Shown here: one piece after another, positions 12,626 to 23,685 of the stretch
Layout: each line of letters opens with the position of its first letter
How positions within the stretch are numbered: position 1 is the first letter of the stretch
Assembly (NCBI RefSeq): GCF_006345805.1
Contig: NC_042997.1
Span: forward strand, 191,952,001-192,016,000
Length of the DNA: 64,000 nt
From: Octopus sinensis
Taxonomy: Eukaryota
Direction of reading: 5' to 3'
Position numbers and translations under genes: made by a program
The notes under the pieces: generated by a model
Told to the model about the DNA's origin: nothing
Databases searched by the model: none
What the model saw: only the letters and a program-made list of their open reading frames with translations

Positions 12626-12892
12626 AAAAAACAAATAAGCAGAAAACTCCAAACAACGCCAGTGAATAAGTCTTCTCAATCAGAGTACATCTGGGGCTAA
12701 AAAAAAACAAACAGATACTCATTTTATGGATCAAGTTGGAATGATAAGCAAAAATCGAAACCGATGGAGTTTTCAATCAGAACACTACAAGCTGGAGTAA
12801 CTGTCTTGTAAGTCTTGTTGCCAATTCATATGCGAACTCAGGAGAATCAACGGTTCAGGGTGTGAAGACTTAGAATTCTTTAGTTTGGTGTC

Positions 12893-13142
12893 TGTGGAGG
12901 CGCGTGGCTTAGTGGTTAGGGTGTCATCACCATGATCGTAAGATTGTGCTTTCGATTCCTGGACCGGGCGACGCGTTGTGTTCTTGAGCAAAACACTTCA
13001 TTTCACGTTGCTCCAGTCCACTCAGCTGGCAAAAAGTAGTAACGCTGCGATGGACTGGCGTCTCGTCCAGCTGGGGAACACATACGCCATTGAAACTGGG
13101 AAACCGGGCCCATGAGTCTGGCTAGGCTTTAAAAGGGCGCAT

Positions 13143-13177
<35 letters not shown>

Positions 13178-13178
13178 T
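12893..13178 (+). mobile_element. SINE family C with (TTTA)n tail
   Basis: gtggaggcgcgtggcttagtgg head, gcatttatttattt tail. Confidence 0.9.
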
Positions 13179-13585
13179 TAGTTCGGTGTCTAGATGCGCA
13201 TTTAGCCTGCCAAAGTAGGATGGACCCTTAAGTCCTGGCGAATGCAACTAACCCAGGAGATGGCGAACACTTTGAGTAGAAAAGCATTTGCACCAACATT
13301 CTGCCATCAGCATTTCCAGTAAGTGTAGTTGCTGGTTCTGCTGAAGCTTTCAGCATTGAAAACAAATCATCCGCGTAGGTAGTCTTGCGGTTGTTACTCG
13401 AAACCAACGATATATATACAGGGAGAGAGATGGAGAGAAAGAGAGAGAGAGGGGGAGAAAGAGCTAAATAGATAGATAGATATGTGATTGGGTGTGTTTT
13501 ACGTTATCTTCACCTTTAAAACTGGAAAGTTGCATGTAAATAACTCAAACACTGGAACAGATGGTAACCAGTTGTGCAAAATAGA

Positions 13586-13627
<42 letters not shown>

Positions 13628-13782
13628 GGAGAGGGAGAGAGAGAGAAGGAGAAGGAGAGAGAAAGAGATAGAACGAGAGAGAGGGCTTGCTGAATCATGC
13701 CCACTCGGTGCAGTAAACCTCAAAGTTCTCCCAGTGTTGTTTACCCAATAATATGTGTGTGTGTGTGTGTGTGTGTGTTGTG

Positions 13783-13817
<35 letters not shown>

Positions 13818-14180
13818 ATTTATCAACGTTATAGAGAACAATTCTTTTCGTATTTCTTTTCCACATAACAAAGTATGTTTAAACAATCTAACCATTGACC
13901 TCAGGTAGATATTTCTCAGCTATTCTCTTCAGATGTAACTGGCAGCTTACTCTGATATGTGAACGGCTGATACGGTCGATACCTCCAATTTGCAATGTAT
14001 TCTTAATACATTGGCATTAAAAAGAAAGGTGAGGAGCACCTCTGGGCTATATTTTTTTTTCTTTTAAAACATAACGCATTTAAAGAAAGAAGAATTATCA
14101 GAGGTTCATCTCAGGATCAGCTTATGTACATTTTTTACACTATTTACAATCGACAGATATTTGTCCTCACCTTGTTTGTT

Positions 14181-14226
14181 AACACAACGTTTCGGCTGAT
14201 ATACCCTCCAGCCTTCATCAGGTGTC
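14181..14226 (-). ncRNA. Minimal type-I hammerhead ribozyme in a Penelope pseudo-LTR fragment (14145-14285)
   Basis: GACAC-CTGATGA-a-GGCTG(gagggtatat)CAGCC-GAA-ACGT-T-GTGTT. Intact core, 5-bp helix II, palindromic ACGU helix III, GUU site. Same tail as 8790-8940. Confidence 0.8.
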
Positions 14227-14286
14227 TTGGGGAAATTTTGAACTTGGGTATTTTTTTATATTGTTATTGTTATTATTATTATTATT

Positions 14287-14843
14287 GAGTGAGAGAGTAG
14301 TGCATGCCATCAAAGTGACACTGGGGTAAAATATACAAAGCCCAGTATACCCATCATTACTACCCGTCTGATAAGGGTACACTAGGCACATGCATCACAA
14401 CCATATGTGCGCGACATGGTGATCTCATATCAAGATAAACAGCATATGACCTTGCAGGTGGGGCCCAGTTATAAATTTCTTCTGGTCGAGTAACCCATCC
14501 CGCTCAAAAGGTCCCTGAATAAGGGTTGTTTAAGGATGTTGAACGAAACACCCATGTTTCCAGAGGTGAATTATTCAAGCCCTAAAGAATCCCTCTCATC
14601 ACATGGCTATGATGCTCCCCCACTACTTCTGCTCGTGGTCAGCGATGCACATATTGTCAGCCACTAAGGGACATACTCAACTGGTTAAGGTCAAACAACT
14701 GACAAGCAAATCTGTGGTATTGACCAGAATATTTGCTGTAGCCCATCTTTTATACCAAGACAAAACAATGTACATGATAACATTTCCAATCAGTTAAGAT
14801 CAGAAGCCACAAGAGCCACAGTCTGGTACTGCATCAGGGCATT
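14287..14843 (-). mobile_element. Non-coding interspersed repeat family E, flanked on both sides by (AAT)n (orientation inferred)
   Basis: Homologous truncated copies at 21655-22020 and 22330-22402, each abutting (ATT)n. Confidence 0.7.
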
Positions 14844-14994
14844 TATTATTATTATTCTTATTATTGTTATTATTATTACTATTATTATTATTATTATTAT
14901 TATTTTATAATAATTGTTTTTTATAACAATATAGGTGGACCGTAGTTCTGCTCTAGAGACCTGAGTCAACTGATAGATTGTTTTTTTTTGTATT

Positions 14995-15215
14995 ATTACT
15001 CTTTTACTCTTTTACTTGTTTCAGTCATTTGACTGTGGCGATGCTGGAGCACCGCCTTTAGTCGAGCAAATCGACCCTAGGACTTATTCTTTGTTAGCCT
15101 AGTACTTATTCTATCGGTCTCTTTGCCGAACCGTTAAGTTACAGGGACGTAAACACACCAGCATCGGTTGTCAAGCGGTGTTGGAGGGACAAACACACAT
15201 ACAAACAGATACACA
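14995..15215 (-). mobile_element. SINE family B, 3' part
   Basis: Homology to other B copies. Confidence 0.8.
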
Positions 15216-15273
15216 CACACATACACACACACACACACACGCACAAACACACACACACACACAGACACACACA

Positions 15274-15358
<85 letters not shown>

Positions 15359-15456
15359 CCGGAGTAAACACATAAATGTGAAACAAGGTGGAAAAAAGAG
15401 TACTCAAATACCAGTGGTAGAGTAATATGCTTTATTTAAAGCAGCAGAAAATTCAA

Positions 15457-15505
15457 CAAAATCTGTTACTCTGAGTTTCTCGTTGCCGTTCATCAGACAG
15501 TTTTT
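15457..15505 (-). ncRNA. Minimal hammerhead ribozyme motif, left arm
   Basis: Reverse complement of the motif at 18138-18185. Confidence 0.65.
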
Positions 15506-16902
15506 GCTAGAATGGAATCGATATATCAATTCGATCTAGACTCTTACAAACGCTACACCTTTAAAAAGAAATGGACTTGTTTGATTGGCCCTTTAGAAAA
15601 AAACGGTCAATCTTCGAGCGATAAACAAAAAGGTCAAAAATATATGTATATATATATAAAAACTTATAAAAATTATAAAATTCGAGGAAAAAACCTTACA
15701 TTGAATAAAATACATATTGACATTAATGAAGAAAGTATAATTAAAGCTTAGAAATTAAACCTATTATAAATATTACACTGCAATACATATTTATGTTAAC
15801 GTGTACATATATATATCAACATACACAGAAGGATGCGTGCAAACGTCATACATATACAGACGTATAAATATAAATCTGAAATATACACATAAATGCATGC
15901 GTACATATATTTACGCAATCCGTCTCGCACGCAATTTAAAATCATCTAAGTAGCGATTCTCATATACTGAGTAAGGGGGGGACGAAAGAAAGGAAGAGAG
16001 AGAAAAAGGAACGAAGAAGGGGGAAGGAAAAAAGAAAAAAGAAAAGAAAAAGGAGGGTGGGGAAAAAAACGAAATAAGAAAAATTATGTATACAAGCTAT
16101 GTAACGGCATTATTGACATGTATGGAGACATGTATACAAATACACAAGCTCGAATGGATACATACACATACTGTCGTGTATATGTGTGCTTACGCACAAA
16201 CATACGTCCACTTACACATACACAGATACGCATGCTTACAAATACATATTCATGGCTATACACATATATAAAAATTCTAATTTTTGACAACATTGCTTTT
16301 TTTAAAGAAATGGGTGCAATAATAAAAAATATATACGAAAGACATATAAAATAAAATATAACACCCTATTTTGGATCATCTATAAAAAATCAAGGTAATC
16401 CTATACAATACAATAATTTGAAATAAACAAATTCGAAGGTTTTTCCTAATGTATATGTCGAAACATAAGACTTTGCTATACGGATTAAAATCTGTATAAC
16501 GCGGAACAAAATCCATCGTAGCGCTCACAGCTCAAGAGTCAAAATCAAAATTTCAAAAATCAAAAATACGAAATATATACTCTATCCATATGGTATATTT
16601 ATATTCGACATTTTAAATTTAGCCGCGTGCCTACATAAGTTCATTAGCTCACTTCTTTGATTCAAAGAATTATTGTCTTTGAATAAAATGTACATTTTTT
16701 CTAATAAGCAAAGTTTGCACTTGAAATTATTTTTGTATGCTCCATGTATGGAGCATACAAACAGATACAAAGTTTGCACTTGAAATTATTTTTGTATGCT
16801 CCATGTATGGAGCATACAAACAGATACAAAGTTTGTACTTGAAATTATTTTTGCACTTGAAATTATTTTTTGCACTTGAAATTATTTTTGTATGCTCCAT
16901 GT

Positions 16903-17066
16903 ATGGAGCATACAAAAATAATTTCAAGTGCAAACTTTGCTTATTAGAAAAAATGTACATTTTATTCAAAGACAATAATTCTTTGAATCAAAGAAGTGAG
17001 CTAATGAACTTATGTAGGCACGCGGCTAAATTTAAAATGTCGAATATAAATATATCATATGGATAG
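16903..17066 (+). pseudogene. C-terminal remnant of a Penelope-like GIY-YIG endonuclease (mirror copy at 16582-16745 on minus)
   Basis: AYKNNFKCKLCLLEKMYILFKDNNSLNQRSELMNLCRHAAKFKMSN* fits the C-x2-C..EK..I....LN.RSEL...CRH..KF tail I associate with aquatic-invertebrate PLE endonucleases. Confidence 0.7.
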
Positions 17067-18137
17067 AGTATATATTTTGTATTTTTGATTTTTGAAATTT
17101 TGATTTTGACTCTTGAGCTGTGAGCGCTACGATGGATTTTGTTCCGCGTTATACAGATTTTAATCCGTATAGCAAAGTCTTATGTTTCGACATATACATT
17201 AGGAAAAACCTTCGAATTTGTTTATTTCAAATTATTGTATTGTATAGGATTACCTTGATTTTTTATAGATGATCCAAAATAGGGTGTTATATTTTATTTT
17301 ATATGTCTTTCGTATATATTTTTTATTATTGCACCCATTTCTTTAAAAAAAGCAATGTTGTCAAAAATTAGAATTTTTATATATGTGTATAGCCATGAAT
17401 ATGTATTTGTAAGCATGCGTATCTGTGTATGTGTAAGTGGACGTATGTTTGTGCGTAAGCACACATATACACGACAGTATGTGTATGTATCCATTCGAGC
17501 TTGTGTATTTGTATACATGTCTCCATACATGTCAATAATGCCGTTACATAGCTTGTATACATAATTTTTCTTATTTCGTTTTTTCCCCACCCCTCCTTTT
17601 TCTTTTCTTTTTTCTTTTTTCCTTCCCCCTTCTTCGTTCCTTTTTCTCTCTCTTCCTTTCTTTCGTCCCCCCCCTTACTCAGTATATGAGAATCGCTACT
17701 TAGATGATTTTAAATTGCATGCGAGACGGATTGCGTAAATATATGTACGCATGCATTATGTGTATATTCAGATTTATATTTATACGTCTGTATATGTATG
17801 ACGTTTGCATGCATCCTTCTGTGTATGTTGATATATATGTACACGTTAACATAATATGTATTGCAGTGTAATATTTATAATAGGTTTAATTTCTAAGCTT
17901 TAATTATACTTTCTTCATTAATGTCATATGTATTTTATTCAATGTAAGGTTTTTTCCTCGAATTTTATAATTTTTATAAGTTTTTATATATATATACATA
18001 TATTTTTGACCTTTTTGTTTATCGCTCGAAGATTGACCGTTTTTTCTAAAGGCCCAATCAAACAAGTCCATTTCTTTTTAAAGGTGTAGCGTTTGTAAGA
18101 GTCTAGATCGAATTGATATATCGGTTCCATTCTAGCA

Positions 18138-18185
18138 AAAACTGTCTGATGAACGGCAACGAGAAACTCAGAGTAACAGATTTTG
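18138..18185 (+). ncRNA. Minimal hammerhead ribozyme motif, right arm
   Basis: CTGT-CTGATGA(18146-52)-a CG GCAA CG a-GAA-ACTCAGAGT-A-ACAG. GUA site at 18173-75. Helix II is only 2 bp, flanked by an A.A mismatch. Confidence 0.65.
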
Positions 18186-18214
18186 TTGAATTATCTGCTG
18201 CTTTAAATAAAGTA

Positions 18215-18286
<72 letters not shown>

Positions 18287-18289
<3 letters not shown>

Positions 18290-18622
18290 GGTAAAGACCG
18301 CCTTCGGTCATGAATGACCATGGGATTGCACCTAGAAAGTTACCCTCCTAGACACAAGTCCGGGCAAGGTTGTTTATGGAAGACCAGCAGTCGCCCATGC
18401 ATACCAGCCTCCCCTCTCCACGCCACCAGTGTTATCCAAGGGAAAGACAAAGGTCGATACAGTTTGGCACCTGTGACGTCGCAACTCATTTCTACAGCTG
18501 AGTGAACTGGAGCAACGTGAAATAAGTGCTTTGCTCAAGAACACAACACGCAGCCCGGTCCAGGATTCGAGCTCACAACCTCACGATCGTAAGCTCGACG
18601 CCCTAACCACTGAGCCATGCCC
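18287..18622 (-). mobile_element. tRNA-derived SINE with shared core and a distinct tail
   Basis: Head gggcatggctcagtggttagggcg...ctcgaatcc, core ttcacgttgctccagttcactcagctg. Confidence 0.8.
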
Positions 18623-19260
<638 letters not shown>

Positions 19261-19365
19261 TGCGACGGGCTTCTTTCAGTTTCCGTCTACCAAATCCACT
19301 CACAAGGCTTTGGTCGAAAACACCACATACCCAAGCACGTGCTTAGTTTGCTTAATGGTTAATCT

Positions 19366-19664
19366 GGATCTTTTCGCTTTGACTGGCAGATTTTTTAAAT
19401 GATTTCTTTGTAACTAAACACTTTTAAACTTCGGATACTGGTAGTGTGTTACATAAAACATCTTTTTCTTTTGGCTTTCTTGAGAAAACTCTGTAGTTTG
19501 TAAGCTATTTGTTGTTTAATTTCTTGCATTTTGGCAATTTCAACCAATCAATGACGTCTATTGAGGTGAATACGATTTCTGCCGTGACCGACAAATTTTT
19601 AAGATTAATTTCTTAGTTACAAAGAAAATATTTTTAAAATCTTCCGGTCAAAGTGAAAAGATCC
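19366..19664. mobile_element. MITE with GGATC-ended ~55-bp TIRs and a perfect 8-bp TSD (GTTAATCT)
   Basis: ggatcttttcgctttgactggcaga...tcttccggtcaaagtgaaaagatcc. TSD at 19358-65 and 19665-72. Confidence 0.85.
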
Positions 19665-19957
19665 GTTAATCTAGCGCTGAATCACGCTCGCCATCTTGTG
19701 TCCTGATACATTGGCTTTGCCTTTCATTTGTATTGGGCCGAGAAAACAAATACAATTGATACAATATGGTTAGATTCAACTATGTTTTATCCACCCTTAC
19801 TGAGTCCATCTTATTCTTGCTCGTGAGAGTTAATGAAAACAACAGTTATGTTATTGCCTTTGTTGTTTTGCACTAGTTTTCTCTGAGCAGACATACAACC
19901 AAAGACTTTCCAGCTCTGACTATTCTGTCTTTTCTGTGTATAACACATTCTTTTCTA

Positions 19958-20712
19958 CTCTAGGCACAAGGCCCGAAATTTGGGGGGAGGGGCCAGTCGA
20001 TTAGATCCACCCCAGTACGCAACTGGTACTTAATTTATCAACCCCGAATGGATGAAAGACAAAGTCGACCTCGGCGGAATTTGAACTCAGAACGTAGCGG
20101 CCGACGAAATACCTATTTCTTTACTAGCCACAAGGGGCTAAACACAGAGAGGACAAACAAGGACAGACAAACGGATTAAGTCGATTATATCGACCCCACT
20201 GCGTAACTGGTACTTAATTTATCGACCCCAAAAGGATGAAAGGCAAAGTCGACCTCGGCGGAATTTGAACTCAGAACGTAGCGGCCGACGAAATACCTAT
20301 TTCTTTACTAGCCACAAGGGGCTAAACACAGATGGGACAAACAAGGACAGACAAACGGATTAAGTCGATTATATCGACTCCACTGCGTAACTGGTACTTA
20401 ATTTATCAACCCCGAATGGATGAAAGACAAAGTCGACCTCGGCGGAATTTGAACTCAGAACGTAGCGGCCGACGAAATACCTATTTCTTTACTAGCCACA
20501 AGGGGCTAAACACAGATGGGACAAACAAGGACAGACAAACGGATTAAGTCGATTATATCGACCCCACTGCGTAACTGGTACTTAATTTATCGACCCCAAA
20601 AGGATGAAAGGCAAAGTTGACCTCGGCTGAATTTGAACTCAGAACATAATGGCAGACGAAATACGGCTACGCATTTTGCCCGGCGTGCTAACGTTTCTGC
20701 CAGCTCACCGCC
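19958..20712 (-). mobile_element. SINE family A with three 184-bp units plus one variant-tail unit
   Basis: gacgaaatacctatttc junction motif recurs at about 20103, 20287 and 20471. Confidence 0.9.
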
Positions 20713-21434
20713 CTGTGTATAACACATTATGTCGTACAATGTCTCCTACTGTTTTATTAGTGAGATTTGAGAGAGTTTTGGCTGTTGTTTCTAGCAAGTT
20801 GAACGACCGCGCTTACAGGCTCTTTCAATGGCTCGGGTGTCTGTAAAAAGGAAAAAAGGTGTTATCTGTTTTATATTTCTTCTCTGCTGCCACTGCGGCT
20901 ACTGCTGCTGTTGTTGTTATTGAAGTTGTTTGAGTTTACTAAGATTTAACACAGTTTTATAGATAACATTTATAAATAAATTTCAACATCATTTTATAAA
21001 TAACTTTTTTTTTTATTTCAATGGAATTTACTAATTACGTTTATGCCTATTTTTTTTGCCCGTTTTTGTTTTACTTTTATTATTTATATTTATTGAAATT
21101 TTTTGAGGACTTATCTCGCTGATTCAGCCACGAAAAAGAAAAAAAGAACAGAAGAAAAAAAAAAAGAAAGAAATTCGTTTCTTTACGTACCACCTTCTCT
21201 TGAAAGTTTCCGCTCTGATCCTTACCAACATGGTGGGCAGGTCGGAAATTTAATGAATTCATTATTGGCAGATGTTAAGCTGAGACGATTGAAATTCGAA
21301 GTAACAACTGCATCGATCACACCAGTCGAAAAAACAGGAGTGGCAAAGGTCATTAGCATTCTCTTTGTATCCAGAGTAGAAAGAATTATTTCATTTACGC
21401 AAAACAAATTAGAGTGCTGGAAAAGAAAATTCCT

Positions 21435-21632
21435 AACATTGGGCTACAACAAAAAAAAAACTTAGATGCTACGAACCTTCCTAAGTATCCTAGCTATCCC
21501 TAAAAACACTGTTTTTCTAGAGCTGAACTACACTAAGTTTTATGCCCGTTTCCTCGAGCCACGGGTTCAAAATTTTAGGATAGTTCCTAATGCACCTATA
21601 ACCACACGGTTTACCTGCATTTTTCAAAGCCT
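21435..21632 (-). pseudogene. R4/Dong-like RLE retrotransposon 3' fragment 1
   Basis: VVIGALGTI..ILNPWLEETGIKLSVVQL*K-TVFLGIARILRKVRSI*, frameshifted. Confidence 0.7.
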
Positions 21633-21654
21633 CTATATTATTATTATTATTATT

Positions 21655-22020
21655 GAGTGAGAGAGCAGTGCATGCCATCAAAGTGACACTGGGGTAAAAT
21701 ATACGAAGCCCAGTATACCCATCATGACTACCCGTCTGATAAGGGTACACCAGGCACATGCATTACAACCATATGTGCACGACATGGTGATTTCATATCA
21801 AGATCAAAATCACATGACCTTGCAGATGGGGCCCAGTTAGAATTTTCTTCTGGTCGAGTAACCCATCCTGCTCAAAAGGTCTCTGAATAAGGATTGTTTA
21901 AGGATGTTGAACGAAACACCCATGTTTCCAAAGGTGGATTATCCAAACCTCTAAGAATCCCTCTCAACACACGGCTATGATGCTCCCCCACTACTTCTGC
22001 TTGTGGTCAGAGATGCACAT
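21655..22020 (-). mobile_element. Repeat family E, truncated copy
   Basis: Homologous to 14287-14650, with (ATT)n on both sides. Confidence 0.75.
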
Positions 22021-22080
22021 TATTATTAATTATTATTATTATTATTATTATTATTATTTTATTATTATTATTATTATTAT

Positions 22081-22272
22081 TCCTTCGTAACACAGTTTAG
22101 GTAAAAATGCACCGGAGTCTTTAATCATCTGTCAAGTCACAGCAAGGATCTCAGACAGATAATATTTTCCTTAAGATATGCGCTGTACCCAATAAGGCTG
22201 CTTTTTGCAAGACATCAATCTTACATGGGATTTCCAGTTGCCTTCGGAAGTCTTGAATTTTCAATGGGTTTG
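22081..22272 (-). pseudogene. R4/Dong-like RLE retrotransposon 3' fragment 2
   Basis: FRRQLEIPCKIDVLQKAALLGTAHILRKILSV*, then a short 3' UTR ending in (AAT)n. Confidence 0.75.
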
Positions 22273-22274
22273 AG

Positions 22275-22330
<56 letters not shown>

Positions 22331-22413
22331 GTGAAAGAGCAGCGCCATCAAAGTGACACTGGGGTACAATTACACGAAGCCCAATATACCCATCATGACT
22401 ATACATTATTATT

Positions 22414-22735
22414 CGTTGAAAACTCACAGTTTATTTTGCTGGATATGATGGAAAGAGTTAGCTGTCCACAGCCAGCAGACTAAGGTGGCACTTGTTTACT
22501 GGTCATGCTTCAAGAACTCTGTGAAGAATTCTTGCAGTTCCAAGCAATGCTGATTTTTGTTGGTGTTCTACCTTCACACTTGCACCAATCTTTTTCAGCC
22601 ATGTTGATAGTTGAGTGCTGATACTTCCAAGTGCGCCAATTACTATTGGTATCACGTCTACTCTCCTCATTGACCAATCGTCGTGACTGTTCATTTTTTT
22701 CTCCTTCTTTCTCTTTGATCCTGTTGTCACCGGGA
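22414..22735 (-). pseudogene. R4/Dong-like RLE retrotransposon 3' fragment 3
   Basis: PGDNRIKEKEGEK..WSMRRVDVIPIVIGALGSISTQLSTWLKKIG...QKSALLGTARILHRVLEA*, with a UTR ending in (AAT)3. Confidence 0.75.
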
Positions 22736-23199
22736 CGCGAATTTTTTTTCCCACGATAGTTTTGGACCCCAGTAATGAACTCATTTGCATACAGCCAATC
22801 AGAGCTCACTTTGACCTTGTTGTCAAGTTAACAAACATACTCAGCAAAGTAAACTCAAGACAAAGAACAGTGTCGTAAAGTCAACCGATCGCCAAGATAT
22901 GCTTAATTTTAGGAGACAAGTAATTAGATAGATTTGCATCTACAACTATAATCGGATTTTGTTAGGGCCCCATATGGTAAAGATGTGGATGGGGAAAATG
23001 TGGTTAGAGGGTGATGTGCTAGCAACCCTCTCACCTTACTATTTTACAAAGAATAACTACGCAGAGGCAGCCATGGTTGAAACAAGAACAAGAACAAGAA
23101 CAACAAGCATTCTTAAAAGAGAAAAGAAGCATGGTCATTCCTCACCCAAGTGACCTTATCGTATCGCCCATCACTTGTTATGTACTCATAAATTAGTTT

Positions 23200-23505
23200 G
23201 ATAGTTGAGCTCTGACTGGCTGTATGCAAATGAGTTCTTAACTAGGGTCCGGAACTCTCGTGGGAAAAATTTCGCCACCGAGACATGCTATGTCGATTTT
23301 TGATAGTTGAGCTCTGACTGGCTGTATGCAAATGAGTTCTTAACTAGGGTCCGGAACTCTCGTGGGGAAAAATTTCGCCACCGAGACATGCTATGTCGAT
23401 TTTTGATAGATGAGCTCTGACTGGCTGTATGCAAATGAGTTCTTAACTAGGGTCCGGAACTCTCGTGGGAAAAAAAATTTCGCCACCGAGACATGCTATG
23501 TCGAT
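23200..23505. repeat. Three tandem ~102-bp units, each with ATGCAAAT; diverged inverted copy at 22736-22815
   Basis: Units start at 23200, 23302 and 23405. Confidence 0.9.
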
Positions 23506-23685
23506 TATCATGCATATTCTTTCTTTTTTACTCACCACAACGATGTTCGGTTTCCTTAACCCTAACCCTAACCCTAATTATTTGCAAGTAAATCAGAAAG
23601 AAGAGCATAAAATATATCCAGACTTCTCAACAATGTTTCAAAATATCCAGTTTGAGGAAAATTATATTGCATCCCACAATATCTA

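Larger units (their letters stand above)
15359..18212. mobile_element. 2.85-kb palindromic Penelope-like element: arms 15430-16745 and 16903-18212, inserted in (TA)n
   Basis: The arms are reverse complements with few differences. Each carries a GIY-YIG C-terminal remnant, a ~1.1-kb 3' UTR, a hammerhead motif and AATAAA. Confidence 0.85.

Noticed and set aside
13895-13935. CTGAAGA...GAAA-TATC on the minus strand
   Set aside because: No helix II and no helix I pairing; a chance match.
21103-21465. 120-aa ORF as a gene
   Set aside because: No recognisable domain, poly-A-derived Lys runs, and no splice context.
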